From the IMG/VR virus record IMGVR_UViG_3300020417_001527, positions 1-64,000 of that record: a stretch of DNA of 64,000 nt; one strand, given 5' to 3'. The position numbers and the translations under genes were made by a program. Shown here piece by piece: positions 9,954 through 19,804 of the stretch; positions within the stretch are counted from its first letter, which is position 1, and the number at the start of each line of letters is the position of its first letter. Source of the stretch: a virus. The notes under the pieces were generated by a model that saw only the letters and a list, made by a program, of their open reading frames with translations, was not told the origin of the DNA and did not search any database.

Positions 9954-11139
9954 AATAAATCTACTGTCAGACGATCGTTATTATGATCTATTTGCAAACT
10001 TAAATCAATGGGGTATAAACCATGATGAGATCTGTGCAATCATTGGTGATTCACCTGTGCAAGAATATATCATAAAGAGTCATCCGTATTGGTTACCAGG
10101 GCTGAATGGTTCAGCCACATATGAAACTGATCCACAAACAGAATACTTCAAAAACTATGCTGACTCCATTGAAACACATTGGGACAGCATACGTGCTGGC
10201 GATACTCGACTGGTATTTCTGTTACAGGATTGGTGGACCACCATGAACGAACAAGAAAAAGCACACTCACCCAACATGGAAGGTGAATTCACTTCATTGG
10301 ATTTATACAATACTCTGTATCACAGTTTGAAAGCACGTGATTTACTTGCAGGTTCAAGATTTGTATGTGGCTCCAGCATACAAGGAGTTGTACAACACAC
10401 AGACTGGCCCATATATGATTACAATGAACCTTTCTTACGCTGGTCCATGCTTAAAAATTATCCTGTAGAAACTGCCACCAGTTTTCGTAAACATTTTTTG
10501 TGGTTGAACAGACGTTTACGCACACATCGAGTGTTGGCTCTGCATGAAGCATATAAACATCAACTGTTACAGCATTGCACATACACCGCACACGAATGGT
10601 CTGAACTGGATGAAACCTTCTACGAAGATACCATAAGAGCATACACAGACGAAGTTGACATGTCATTTGCTGAGTTCAATGGTAGACAATACATTGGTGA
10701 TTCATATGATGTATCCACTGATGTACAGTATGTGCCTGAAGCTCTAGCAACTCGGAATGCATCTGCAGACTGCTTTGCAGAAATTGTAACAGAATTTAAT
10801 TACAGCGATAATAAAGTTTATTTGACAGAAAAAATTGCTCGTGCTATTGTTAATAAAAAACCTTTTTTAATCATTGGAGATCGAAACAGTTTGAAAGAAT
10901 TACAACGCATGGGTTTTAAAACATTTAATAACTTTTGGGGTGAAAGTTATGACACACAGCCTGGCATATATAATAGAATAAAGAAAGTAATGTATCAACT
11001 TCAAAATATTGTACAAACCATAGATTTAAATCAACCGTACACAGATGAAATGCACAGCGTTCTAGAACACAACTATCGTCATTTCTTTGGTGCATTCACA
11101 GACCAACAGAATAAAAAACTTGAAAGTATATTTGCATGA
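9931..11139 (+). CDS. Uncharacterised protein, possibly a GT-B/GT10-like glycosyltransferase (TEK motif family)
   Basis: FLWLNRR.RTHR and IVTE...YLTEKI...KPFLIIG...GFKTF; paralog of 19794..20969. Confidence 0.5.
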   Translation: MTQTFHSKINLLSDDRYYDLFANLNQWGINHDEICAIIGDSPVQEYIIKSHPYWLPGLNGSATYETDPQTEYFKNYADSIETHWDSIRAGDTRLVFLLQDWWTTMNEQEKAHSPNMEGEFTSLDLYNTLYHSLKARDLLAGSRFVCGSSIQGVVQHTDWPIYDYNEPFLRWSMLKNYPVETATSFRKHFLWLNRRLRTHRVLALHEAYKHQLLQHCTYTAHEWSELDETFYEDTIRAYTDEVDMSFAEFNGRQYIGDSYDVSTDVQYVPEALATRNASADCFAEIVTEFNYSDNKVYLTEKIARAIVNKKPFLIIGDRNSLKELQRMGFKTFNNFWGESYDTQPGIYNRIKKVMYQLQNIVQTIDLNQPYTDEMHSVLEHNYRHFFGAFTDQQNKKLESIFA

Positions 11140-12656
11140 CACCACAAGAAGTAATTGACAATGCCAATGATATGAGCATTTGGGATAATGCTGTATGGGT
11201 AAACACACAGCAAGGTACATTCTTTGTACCTATATGGCGTAACGGCAATACTAAATTTCTGTACATTGCAGAACAGTTTGGTTATACTCTAGAAAACAAT
11301 TATGATGTCACAGGTCTAATAGGATATGCCTTTGTGAGACAGCCTGAAAAAAGAATTGTTGGCCAAATAAAAAGAGCCATGGTTAATCAGGACTGGTCGT
11401 TTGAGGATGCTGTAAACAATGCAAAGGGCAATAAGCATGAACTGGATGTACATTTGCTCTCACAACACAGTTTTTTAGATCAATATCCGTTACGCTATTG
11501 CATTGATTTAGATGATATACGCAAAACAGGACATGAACATATAGATAGTGTACTAGATGAATTTATACATGATGATCAAAGACCTTCGCAAGTAATAGAT
11601 GAAACAGTTAATGAACTCATAACACCACACATAATAGATCTATATCATGAGGATCGTATGCCTTCTGTGGGCATTGTGGGTGTGGGCAACATAGGCTCTG
11701 TGTTAGCAGATGTTCTAACACAAAAAAATGTTGTTGTCAAGAAGTTTGATATTCATGAACAGTACGACACACTTGAAGATGTTCGTGCATGTGATGTCAT
11801 ATGGATATGTGTGGACACTCCTACCACTCAGGATTATGGTGATTATGATTATACCAATCTAAATTCTGCACTTAATTATTTTGAAAATAAAGTTATTATC
11901 GTTGGTTGCACAGTATCACCTGGCACAATTCGTACTCTGCACACAAAAAATTGTGTATTAATCTACATGCCTTTTTTGATTTCACAGGGCAATGTTGCTG
12001 ATGGATTGATAGAACCTGACTGCTGGTTCATTGGTGGAGTGTACAATCGTTCAGTGAATGCACTGGTATCCAGATTAAGCAATGCACCAAAGCATTGGGG
12101 CACTTGGCAAGAAGCAGAAATGGCCAAGGTGCTGTACAACTGTTGGATCATACAAAAGATAAACTTTGCCAATTGGGCATCTGATCTAGCATATGAAGTT
12201 GTGGGTAATGCAGATGCTCAAAAAGTAATGCGTTGGCTTGGAGAGTCGAACAAACTTATAACCAGCGATGCATACATGCGACCAGGTTGGGGTGATGGTG
12301 GACCTTGTCACCCACGTGATAATTTAATGATGAGTTACATTTCAGGTCAAAAATTAGGTTATGATCCAGCCTGGAATCAACACACAACCAGACTGGCACA
12401 AGCCAAACTGATGGCAAAACGTGCAGTAGCAACAGGATTGCCTGTTATCATATTGGGCAAAAGTTACAAAGCCGGAACTGATAGCACAGAAGGTTCATAC
12501 AGTTTGGTGGTTGCAGAACAAATTGAGCTACAGGGTGGAACAGTTTATTTTGAAGACCACTTGACAAGTGGCGATTATTGTTATATACTAGCACATAACG
12601 ATTTCTATGGACACGAGCCGTCTGAAAGAAGCACAGTAATTAATCCATGGGTATAA
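11136..12656 (+). CDS. Fusion of a sulfotransferase-2-like N-terminal domain with a UDP-glucose/GDP-mannose dehydrogenase family domain
   Basis: C-terminal part: GIVGVGNIG, ICVDTP, TVSPGT, EAEMAK..YN, GWGDGGPCHPRD, LGKSYK. N-terminal part: VPIWRNGNT, AFVRQPEKR, DVHLLSQ. Confidence 0.8.
   Translation: MTPQEVIDNANDMSIWDNAVWVNTQQGTFFVPIWRNGNTKFLYIAEQFGYTLENNYDVTGLIGYAFVRQPEKRIVGQIKRAMVNQDWSFEDAVNNAKGNKHELDVHLLSQHSFLDQYPLRYCIDLDDIRKTGHEHIDSVLDEFIHDDQRPSQVIDETVNELITPHIIDLYHEDRMPSVGIVGVGNIGSVLADVLTQKNVVVKKFDIHEQYDTLEDVRACDVIWICVDTPTTQDYGDYDYTNLNSALNYFENKVIIVGCTVSPGTIRTLHTKNCVLIYMPFLISQGNVADGLIEPDCWFIGGVYNRSVNALVSRLSNAPKHWGTWQEAEMAKVLYNCWIIQKINFANWASDLAYEVVGNADAQKVMRWLGESNKLITSDAYMRPGWGDGGPCHPRDNLMMSYISGQKLGYDPAWNQHTTRLAQAKLMAKRAVATGLPVIILGKSYKAGTDSTEGSYSLVVAEQIELQGGTVYFEDHLTSGDYCYILAHNDFYGHEPSERSTVINPWV
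12561..12589 (+). promoter_or_regulatory. Sigma70-type promoter inside the 3' end of a CDS
   Basis: TTGACA (12561-66), 17 nt spacer, TATACT (12584-89); about 58 nt upstream of ATG 12647. Confidence 0.55.
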
Positions 12657-13822
12657 TAATTAACTCAGTCAATAACTGCAGAGTTTGTAAATCACCGGTT
12701 AAAATTGTGGCAAACTTTGGCGACATATACGTCAATGACTTTCCAGCACGATCAGGTGAGCATCGAGGTCAAGCACCCATGGTGCTACAGCAATGCACCG
12801 AATGTGATCTAGTACAAATGAAAGATACAGTAGATCCTCAAATACTGTATGGTGATCATTACTGGTATGAATCAGGTTTAAATCCTAAACTAAAACAAAA
12901 CCTATTGGACATTGCAGGATATGTCAACGAGCATACCTCACCAGGTGATGTGGTATTGGATATAGGTGCCAATGACGGTACGCTGTTATCAGGCATAGAA
13001 ACAGATAGATTTCGCATAGGCTGTGAACCTGCTTCTAATCTATGGGATAAACTTGCTCCACATTGTGATGAAATGATCAAAACCATGTTCTCACATCTAC
13101 AAATAGAATCAGACATAGCAATACACAAAGCCTCAGCTATCACAGCCATTGGCATGTTTTATGATATGGATGATCCCAATGAATTTATTCATAGTGTAGA
13201 AAAGTGTTTGGCAGACGATGGTATTTTTATTGCACAATTAATGACACTGGCTCCTATGCTGGAAATGAATGATTTAGGCAATGTGTGTCACGAACATTTA
13301 GAATATTATTCATACAAAAGTTTAGTGGCTCTGTATGAACGCAATGGATTAGAAATATTTGATTTATACTTTAATGACATACAGGGTGGATCATATCAAA
13401 TATGGGCAAGAAAATATCGCACAGGTTCTATAGAACACACAGAAGATATATCATCCATACACGACTTTTATGATTCAGTTATAACTCGTGGCATGCAACT
13501 ACGAGCCGAACTAACACAATTTACAAATGCTGGTAAAAAAGTATATGTATACGGTGCTTCAACAAAAGGTAACACAATGTTACAGTTATGGGACATAGGC
13601 AACTACTTTGAAGGAGCGGCCGAAATACACCCGGATAAGATAGGTAGATTCACTGTAGGTACAAACATTCCTATTGTGAGTGAACAAGAAGCACGAGAAA
13701 ATGCTGATGTGTTCTTTGTGCCAAATTTTGGATTTCGAGATATGTTCGTCAAAAAAGAACGTGAATGGTTAGAAAAGGGTGGCCGTATGATATTTGCCAT
13801 GCCCCGGGTTGAAGTGATATGA
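12647..13822 (+). CDS. NDP-hexose C-methyltransferase (C3-methyltransferase family)
   Basis: Zn ligands CRVC...CTEC, LDIGANDG, CHEHLEYYS, YGASTKGNT. Confidence 0.85.
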   Translation: MGIIINSVNNCRVCKSPVKIVANFGDIYVNDFPARSGEHRGQAPMVLQQCTECDLVQMKDTVDPQILYGDHYWYESGLNPKLKQNLLDIAGYVNEHTSPGDVVLDIGANDGTLLSGIETDRFRIGCEPASNLWDKLAPHCDEMIKTMFSHLQIESDIAIHKASAITAIGMFYDMDDPNEFIHSVEKCLADDGIFIAQLMTLAPMLEMNDLGNVCHEHLEYYSYKSLVALYERNGLEIFDLYFNDIQGGSYQIWARKYRTGSIEHTEDISSIHDFYDSVITRGMQLRAELTQFTNAGKKVYVYGASTKGNTMLQLWDIGNYFEGAAEIHPDKIGRFTVGTNIPIVSEQEARENADVFFVPNFGFRDMFVKKEREWLEKGGRMIFAMPRVEVI

Positions 13823-14544
13823 AAACATTAATAGTGGCCGCACCACGCACAGGATCACATGCATTAACCAGTACTCTACCAAACCCTTTGTACGAATGTT
13901 TTAATATAGAAGATTTAATTATACCAAGATTAAAACACAGTGGCAAAATAAATTATGATTTATTAAGCAAATGGTTTTTAGATGCACTAGAAAGATATGA
14001 TTTTGTGGAAGCATATAAAAATAGACCGGTTATACCCGCAGAACATTTTTTAAAAAGCTATGACGCAGACATGCAAAGCATAGAGCTTGATGAGTATCCT
14101 ACTCTAACAGAAGTGCTCAATGAACACCAAAGACGCTGGAAAATTATATCTGCTATGCCTGAATGGACAGTAAAAATAATTCGCTATCAAGGTGTACCTG
14201 CCACAGTGGTTGCGGACATAAAAGAACAAGCAGATCGTGTTATAAGACTACAGCGTAGGAACAAATTAGAACAAGCAATATCTTGGGTAAAAACACAAGG
14301 CGACACACAAGCATATCACAATGCTTCAGGCGATGCAGGCGAGTTGGATTATGCTCTGTTTGAACGTGCAGTACTGGCCATGCATGAAGAAGATCTTTGG
14401 ATTGAAGAACATTTTGGAGACATAGAGCCAACATACTATGAAGACCTTGACTTGTCAACCTCTGAATGGTATAAAAACACAGTCGCACTTGAATATGATG
14501 AATCTAAATGCAAAGAAATACTTGACCGATGCTTAAAAATATAA
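13819..14544 (+). CDS. Sulfotransferase-like protein (Stf0-like)
   Basis: PAPS-binding-like loop APRTGSH, LQRRNKLEQAIS, YYEDL. Confidence 0.65.
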   Translation: MKTLIVAAPRTGSHALTSTLPNPLYECFNIEDLIIPRLKHSGKINYDLLSKWFLDALERYDFVEAYKNRPVIPAEHFLKSYDADMQSIELDEYPTLTEVLNEHQRRWKIISAMPEWTVKIIRYQGVPATVVADIKEQADRVIRLQRRNKLEQAISWVKTQGDTQAYHNASGDAGELDYALFERAVLAMHEEDLWIEEHFGDIEPTYYEDLDLSTSEWYKNTVALEYDESKCKEILDRCLKI

Positions 14545-15185
14545 TAGAACAAACAGACTTTTCTGAATTATATCGTACAGAAAAATCAGATTACTTTCGA
14601 CGTATCACAACCACAGAAATGGATTATTGGGACACGCACGAACGAATGTTTGCTACAGTTCCAAAAACAGCAAAGATATTAGATGTAGGTGTGTGGTTTG
14701 GAGTTGTGCCATGGGCTTTACAACAACTGGGCTATACTGATGTAAGCACCACAGAATGTGAAGCACACTCACAGGGCAAAAGAGAAAGTTTTGAAGTGTT
14801 GTGGTCATGGATGAATATCCAACCTTTTGAATTGCATATAAAACCACAACAAGAGTTTGTGTTACCAGACACATATGATGTTATAACAATGACCAAAAGC
14901 AATGTGTTTTGGAAAACAGAAGAAGTTGTGCATCATGCAGGAGATCTTGTAAACACAGAATGGCAGGTAACAGGTGCAGACAATCAAATACACAGTTACT
15001 TTACTCTGTACACGGTGGATGACTGGGTGTTCTTTGTGAATAATATTCGGAAATTTTTAAACCCAGGTGGTCGTGCTTTAATACAGCCTGAACCTTGGGC
15101 ATATGATTCTATTGCACATTACTCCACAGCAAGAGATTATCTACTGAGATTTAAACGTGATGGTTATTTGGAAATTAAAAAATGA
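14529..15185 (+). CDS. Class I SAM-dependent methyltransferase
   Basis: ILDVGVWFG motif I, YDVI, LNPGG. Confidence 0.75.
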   Translation: MLKNIIEQTDFSELYRTEKSDYFRRITTTEMDYWDTHERMFATVPKTAKILDVGVWFGVVPWALQQLGYTDVSTTECEAHSQGKRESFEVLWSWMNIQPFELHIKPQQEFVLPDTYDVITMTKSNVFWKTEEVVHHAGDLVNTEWQVTGADNQIHSYFTLYTVDDWVFFVNNIRKFLNPGGRALIQPEPWAYDSIAHYSTARDYLLRFKRDGYLEIKK

Positions 15186-16090
15186 TATATTATTTGGCAG
15201 GTGACAGAGGATTGGTAGGTCGTAACTATCGTGAATATTTAAAAAAGAAAAATATCACAGTGAGAGGTGGTAATACCGATACAACTGATTATACACATTA
15301 TCAACAAACATTCAGTGATATTACACGTGACGGTCCACGCCCTTCGCATATGATTATTAATGCGGCCACAGTAGGAGGACTACAAGAGGATTTAGATCGT
15401 AGTTTTGAATTACTATTGCGTAACTTAAAAATACAAAACAACCTACTTGAAATGGCAAGCACAGCAGGTATAGAAAGAGTATTGTTACAAGGCAGTACTT
15501 GCAGTTATCCGGAACTGGGTGAACAACCATACCAAGAAGATCAATTGATGGACGGCAAAATATATGAAGGATATTTAACTACAGCGTTACCTAAACTTGT
15601 AGGTATGCATCAATGTAGAGCTATTAATAAAGAACGTGGTTATCGATGGCGTACAGCCGTATGCACAAACATGTTTGGTCCAGGTGATCGTACAGGAGAA
15701 CACGCACATGTCGTTGGTGCGTTAATGCAAAAGTTTGTTGATGCAGTAAAGAATGATCACACAGAAATAGAAATATGGGGTTCAGGAAGGCAAAGCAGAG
15801 ATTTATTATATATCGACGATGCTGTAAGAGCCATGGATATTATCGTTAATAACGACAAGTATGATACAGTTAACGTAGCAAGTGGTTATGAGGTTTCTAT
15901 TAGCGAAATAGCCACTTGCATTGCAAACATTGCCGGGTTTAAAGGTAGACTTTGGTATAATACAGACAGGCCAGAGGGCATTAATAAACGTGCAATTTCA
16001 AATAAAAGATTAATTGAATTAGGATGGGAACATCATTATTGTATGCAAGATGCTCTTGCAATCACATACGAGTGGTATTATAATGCATGA
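15182..16090 (+). CDS. fcl: GDP-L-fucose synthase-like epimerase/reductase (extended SDR)
   Basis: GDRGLVG, AATVGG, GSTCSYP, TNMFGPGD, HVVGAL, IWGSG..SRDLLY; the canonical YxxxK tyrosine appears replaced (TALPK). Confidence 0.75.
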   Translation: MIYYLAGDRGLVGRNYREYLKKKNITVRGGNTDTTDYTHYQQTFSDITRDGPRPSHMIINAATVGGLQEDLDRSFELLLRNLKIQNNLLEMASTAGIERVLLQGSTCSYPELGEQPYQEDQLMDGKIYEGYLTTALPKLVGMHQCRAINKERGYRWRTAVCTNMFGPGDRTGEHAHVVGALMQKFVDAVKNDHTEIEIWGSGRQSRDLLYIDDAVRAMDIIVNNDKYDTVNVASGYEVSISEIATCIANIAGFKGRLWYNTDRPEGINKRAISNKRLIELGWEHHYCMQDALAITYEWYYNA

Positions 16091-16955
16091 TTTTATCTAT
16101 GCAGGACCTTCATGGGCAGTACAGAGTTTTGAAACTCCTGGCGGCGATGATGCACAAAAGGTAAACATAGGTGACATGTTTGCCCAAGAATACAATCTAT
16201 CTGCTCTGCGTGTACCAAAAATGGGAGTCAGCAATGGCTGGTTGTGTGAACAGGTGCGTAGGTCCGGAGCATCACAGGACACTCCAATAATATGGGTATA
16301 CTGCGAACCACTGGGTAAACTGTATCACAAACGCACAGAGCATGACATGGCTTGGCCCTGTTATTTGGAACAATATCAACACACAGTGGCCATGCTGTTA
16401 ACTCGTGATGATTGGCGACAGTACAGATCCAACATTGCAGATTCAGAACTGGCAGAAATGAATTCACTGGGTCACCCCATTGGCATTGTAGGATCGCATG
16501 CCGATATTTTACCAGAGCAGGTGGCTGACTATGAAAACCTAACAGTGATAGAACCATCATGGCAACAGATACTGGCTTCGCATTGTAGAATAACTGCCAT
16601 GCCAGAACATATAGGGGTTGACTTTATACATCAAACCATTAAAATATATGCTAAGGATGAAAAAATATTCAATTACATTAAACAGTACAATCTCAGTCGA
16701 TGGATGGGCTACGAAGAAGTTAAAGGTGCTGTCTGCAGAGGATTAATGAAATTGGTGTATGGCGACCAAGTGCCAGAACCCTATGAACATGTTAATGCTG
16801 ATGTAATACAAACCATACACGAACACTATGAATATTGGAAACAGTTCGAAGAAGCTGGCGTATGGTCTTGGGTACATCCAAACATACGTGGAAATGAAAT
16901 ATTTTATCGTCATGTAAAAACAAAATTAAAAGGATTTATAGATGCTTACTCCTAA
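16083..16955 (+). CDS. SGNH/GDSL-like hypothetical protein
   Basis: N-terminal AGPSWA, GVSN, C-terminal HPN..GN pattern. Confidence 0.45.
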   Translation: MHDFIYAGPSWAVQSFETPGGDDAQKVNIGDMFAQEYNLSALRVPKMGVSNGWLCEQVRRSGASQDTPIIWVYCEPLGKLYHKRTEHDMAWPCYLEQYQHTVAMLLTRDDWRQYRSNIADSELAEMNSLGHPIGIVGSHADILPEQVADYENLTVIEPSWQQILASHCRITAMPEHIGVDFIHQTIKIYAKDEKIFNYIKQYNLSRWMGYEEVKGAVCRGLMKLVYGDQVPEPYEHVNADVIQTIHEHYEYWKQFEEAGVWSWVHPNIRGNEIFYRHVKTKLKGFIDAYS

Positions 16956-18012
16956 CTCACACATGAATCCGGTGTATGATCGCCGTGAAATTGATGCTGT
17001 AAAAGATTACATGTTTTCAGATGGTTGGATCATGGAACACACAGTTACTCGTGAAATGGAATCAAAGATTTGCGAATACACAGGTGCCAAACATGCACAC
17101 ATGGTTCCTTCAGCAACAATGGGACTGTTACTTGCTTCAATGTTGAGTGATATACAACCCAGTGAACATTTTGATTGTCCTGCATACACACAGGCCGCCA
17201 CAGCAAATGGTTCTATATTAATGGGTGCATTTCCAGAGTTTATTGATGTTGATCCTGTGAGCTACACAATAGACTTTAGCCGAGTAAAAAATAGAGTGGT
17301 GTATGTGACATCTATCAATGGTAGATATCCTGTTAACGCAAGAAAAGAAATAATGAATTTACGAGATCGCGGACACTTTGTGATCGAAGATTCAGCACAA
17401 GCACTAGGCTCTTGGCATCAAGGACATCACATTGGCACCATGGGACACGTGGGTGTTTTCTCTTTTGGTGCTCCTAAAATTATCACCACTGGACAAGGCG
17501 GTTGTATTGTTACCAATGATGATGCAATATCAGAACGCATACACGCTATTAAAAACTTTGGTCGTACAGTAGGCATTGGTGAAACATATAATATAATGGG
17601 AATGAATTTTAAATTTACAGATCTACAGGCCGCATTTGGCTGTGAGCAAATGAATCGGTTACCGAAAGTAGTAAATCGTAAAAAAGAAATATACACAGCA
17701 TATAGACGATTGCTGGGAGATACCTGTGAATTTGTTGCAACAAATGTTCGCACAACCACACCAACCTATCCTGAAATATTGGTAGACGATAGAGATGCAC
17801 TGGCTGAACATCTGCGTTCTCAGAATATTGGGTGTAGAGCTGTGTATTCAAGTCTGGCCAAACAGCCTTATCATGGTTCTAGATTTGCCAGACATGCTCC
17901 TGTTACAGAACGAATTGGTAGCAGAGGATTACAGTTACCAGGACAAGCCAATCTCACTGATGCAGACATTGTTTCTGTTTGTACAGCAATTAAAGATTAT
18001 TATAAACAGTGA
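16942..18012 (+). CDS. DegT/DnrJ/EryC1/StrS family PLP sugar aminotransferase
   Basis: SATMGL, IEDSAQALG, FSFGAPKIITTGQGG, GMNFKFTDLQAA. Confidence 0.92.
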   Translation: MLTPNSHMNPVYDRREIDAVKDYMFSDGWIMEHTVTREMESKICEYTGAKHAHMVPSATMGLLLASMLSDIQPSEHFDCPAYTQAATANGSILMGAFPEFIDVDPVSYTIDFSRVKNRVVYVTSINGRYPVNARKEIMNLRDRGHFVIEDSAQALGSWHQGHHIGTMGHVGVFSFGAPKIITTGQGGCIVTNDDAISERIHAIKNFGRTVGIGETYNIMGMNFKFTDLQAAFGCEQMNRLPKVVNRKKEIYTAYRRLLGDTCEFVATNVRTTTPTYPEILVDDRDALAEHLRSQNIGCRAVYSSLAKQPYHGSRFARHAPVTERIGSRGLQLPGQANLTDADIVSVCTAIKDYYKQ

Positions 18013-18910
18013 TTAAATTACGAATACCTTGATCCAGTGTTTCTTCAGCTGAAAATCCTATATTTTTTATTTTAGTATAATCAACAAAATAGTTTCTGCC
18101 ATCTTGGTCATGCTTCAATGATGTATCTTCTGTGTAGTTCCAAGCAGGTATGTGTTGTTTAATTATTTCACATATTTCTAGTTTGGTATGATTTAATCGA
18201 GCATCACCCACATTCCAAATTTCGCCACGCATGACATCATTGTGCGTGATACCCCACAAAAAGGCACGTGTTAAATCGTTGGTTGAAAGGAATGTGCGTT
18301 TAAAGTGTCCTTCAAACAGAGTCATTGCCTTTCCTTGACATGCTTGGCGTACAAAATCATTTATTAATAAATCATTGCGTAATCTATTTGAAACACCAAA
18401 TGCTGTGGCTGGTCTCAGTATCACAGCGTCTGTTCCAGCCAAATATTCTTCTCCAGCCAGTTTGTAAACACTATATGTGCTAATAGGATTGGTGGAAACC
18501 GACTCAGTACATACTGTATCTAGTGCCCCATACACGGATCCAGTACTTGCATATACAAACATTTTACCCACACTTGCATCTACGACTCGTCGAGTACCTT
18601 CTACGTTAACTCGGTACGCAAGATCAGGCTGTGCGTTACAGGCCGGAAAGCCAATAATACCTGCCAGATGTATCACAGCATCACAACTTGCTAGGATAGG
18701 CTCAACAGCAGGATCGCATATATCCATTTTATGTAGATGAAACCGTTCATGATCAATGATGTTTAACACAGGTTCTATGCCCCATGCTAACCAATCTATG
18801 CAATGCACTTCATAGGTGGCATTTAATAATTGTTCGCACAGTCTAGCACCTATATAACCGGCACCTCCTGTTACTGCTATTTTACTTCGTTCTGGTAATT
18901 GGTTCATCAC
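17990..18910 (-). CDS. NAD-dependent nucleotide-sugar epimerase/dehydratase
   Basis: TGGAGYIG, HLAGIIG, ASTGSVYG, YSVYK. Confidence 0.9.
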   Translation of the reverse strand: MMNQLPERSKIAVTGGAGYIGARLCEQLLNATYEVHCIDWLAWGIEPVLNIIDHERFHLHKMDICDPAVEPILASCDAVIHLAGIIGFPACNAQPDLAYRVNVEGTRRVVDASVGKMFVYASTGSVYGALDTVCTESVSTNPISTYSVYKLAGEEYLAGTDAVILRPATAFGVSNRLRNDLLINDFVRQACQGKAMTLFEGHFKRTFLSTNDLTRAFLWGITHNDVMRGEIWNVGDARLNHTKLEICEIIKQHIPAWNYTEDTSLKHDQDGRNYFVDYTKIKNIGFSAEETLDQGIRNLITVYNNL

Positions 18911-19256
18911 AGTCGTCCCAGCGTTTGGTCAGTAGTGCAATCATTTTACAATCAGCAGTAGGATAAAATGTATGAGGTACATTCTGAGGCAAGTATATAC
19001 AATCTCCAGCACTAACAGGAGTTACTAATTCTTCTTCATTGGTTATTTCTGTGTACACACCTTCTCCTTCCACAAACATAATATATTCATCAAACTCTTT
19101 GTGGTAATGATGTCCTCTCACAGCACCTTTGAGTGTTACAATGTAATTCCATTCTTTAATGGACCATTGTTCCGGCAAATAGGTTTGAATAATGCCTCTG
19201 CCGTCTTTAAAAGTAATGGGATTTATTTGAGGATTTAGTTTTTTAATACGCTTCAT
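18882..19256 (-). CDS. Cupin, sugar 3,4-ketoisomerase/3,5-epimerase-like (FdtA/RmlC-like)
   Basis: DGRG, VRGHHYHK..DE, PHTF cupin motifs. Confidence 0.75.
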   Translation of the reverse strand: MKRIKKLNPQINPITFKDGRGIIQTYLPEQWSIKEWNYIVTLKGAVRGHHYHKEFDEYIMFVEGEGVYTEITNEEELVTPVSAGDCIYLPQNVPHTFYPTADCKMIALLTKRWDDCDEPITRTK

Positions 19257-19285
19257 ACTGATATTTATTAAAGCTAAATATAATT
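19257..19285. promoter_or_regulatory. Divergent intergenic region with back-to-back TAAATA boxes (T4 late-promoter-like)
   Basis: TAAATA on + at 19275-80 and on - at 19262-67, each exactly 5 nt before an ATG. Confidence 0.5.
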
Positions 19286-19804
19286 ATGATCAAGCAAATA
19301 CACCTAGACCTTGACTGCAATCATTTTTTAAATGCAGACTACTCACAACACTATGGTTCATGCATTTCATATCAAGTGCGTGAACAAAAAGATTTACATG
19401 TGGGTGGCTTTCCTAAAAGCTACACAGAAGATAACACACGCATACAACAACTGTGGTGGGATCACTTTCCGCTGAGTGGCAGAGATCTAGGCATGGAAAT
19501 TGTCACAGTCAGCACAATACTACAACCTCCTGGTAATACTGTTACCTGTCACAGAGATACATTTTTTCAAATTAATAAAAGATATCCTGACGACACACGT
19601 AAAAAAGTAAGAGCAAATATATATTTAGAAGATTGGAAGCCAGGACATTTAATACATTACCAAGATGAAAATAAAGAATGGCAATCCAGCACACATTGGC
19701 GAGCCGGTGATGGCTTTATTTGGGATTCAGATCATTTGCATCTGAGTGGTAATTGTGGACTGGAAGACAAGTATACTCTGCAGGTTTCAGGATTTGTCAT
19801 ATAG
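19286..19804 (+). CDS. Fe(II)/2OG-dependent oxygenase-like cupin
   Basis: PPGN...HRD...HLSGN, an HxD...H facial triad. Confidence 0.6.
   Translation: MIKQIHLDLDCNHFLNADYSQHYGSCISYQVREQKDLHVGGFPKSYTEDNTRIQQLWWDHFPLSGRDLGMEIVTVSTILQPPGNTVTCHRDTFFQINKRYPDDTRKKVRANIYLEDWKPGHLIHYQDENKEWQSSTHWRAGDGFIWDSDHLHLSGNCGLEDKYTLQVSGFVI

Noticed and set aside
14522-14545. TTGACC...TATAAT possible promoter
   Set aside because: The spacer is only about 12 nt and it overlaps the next start codon.
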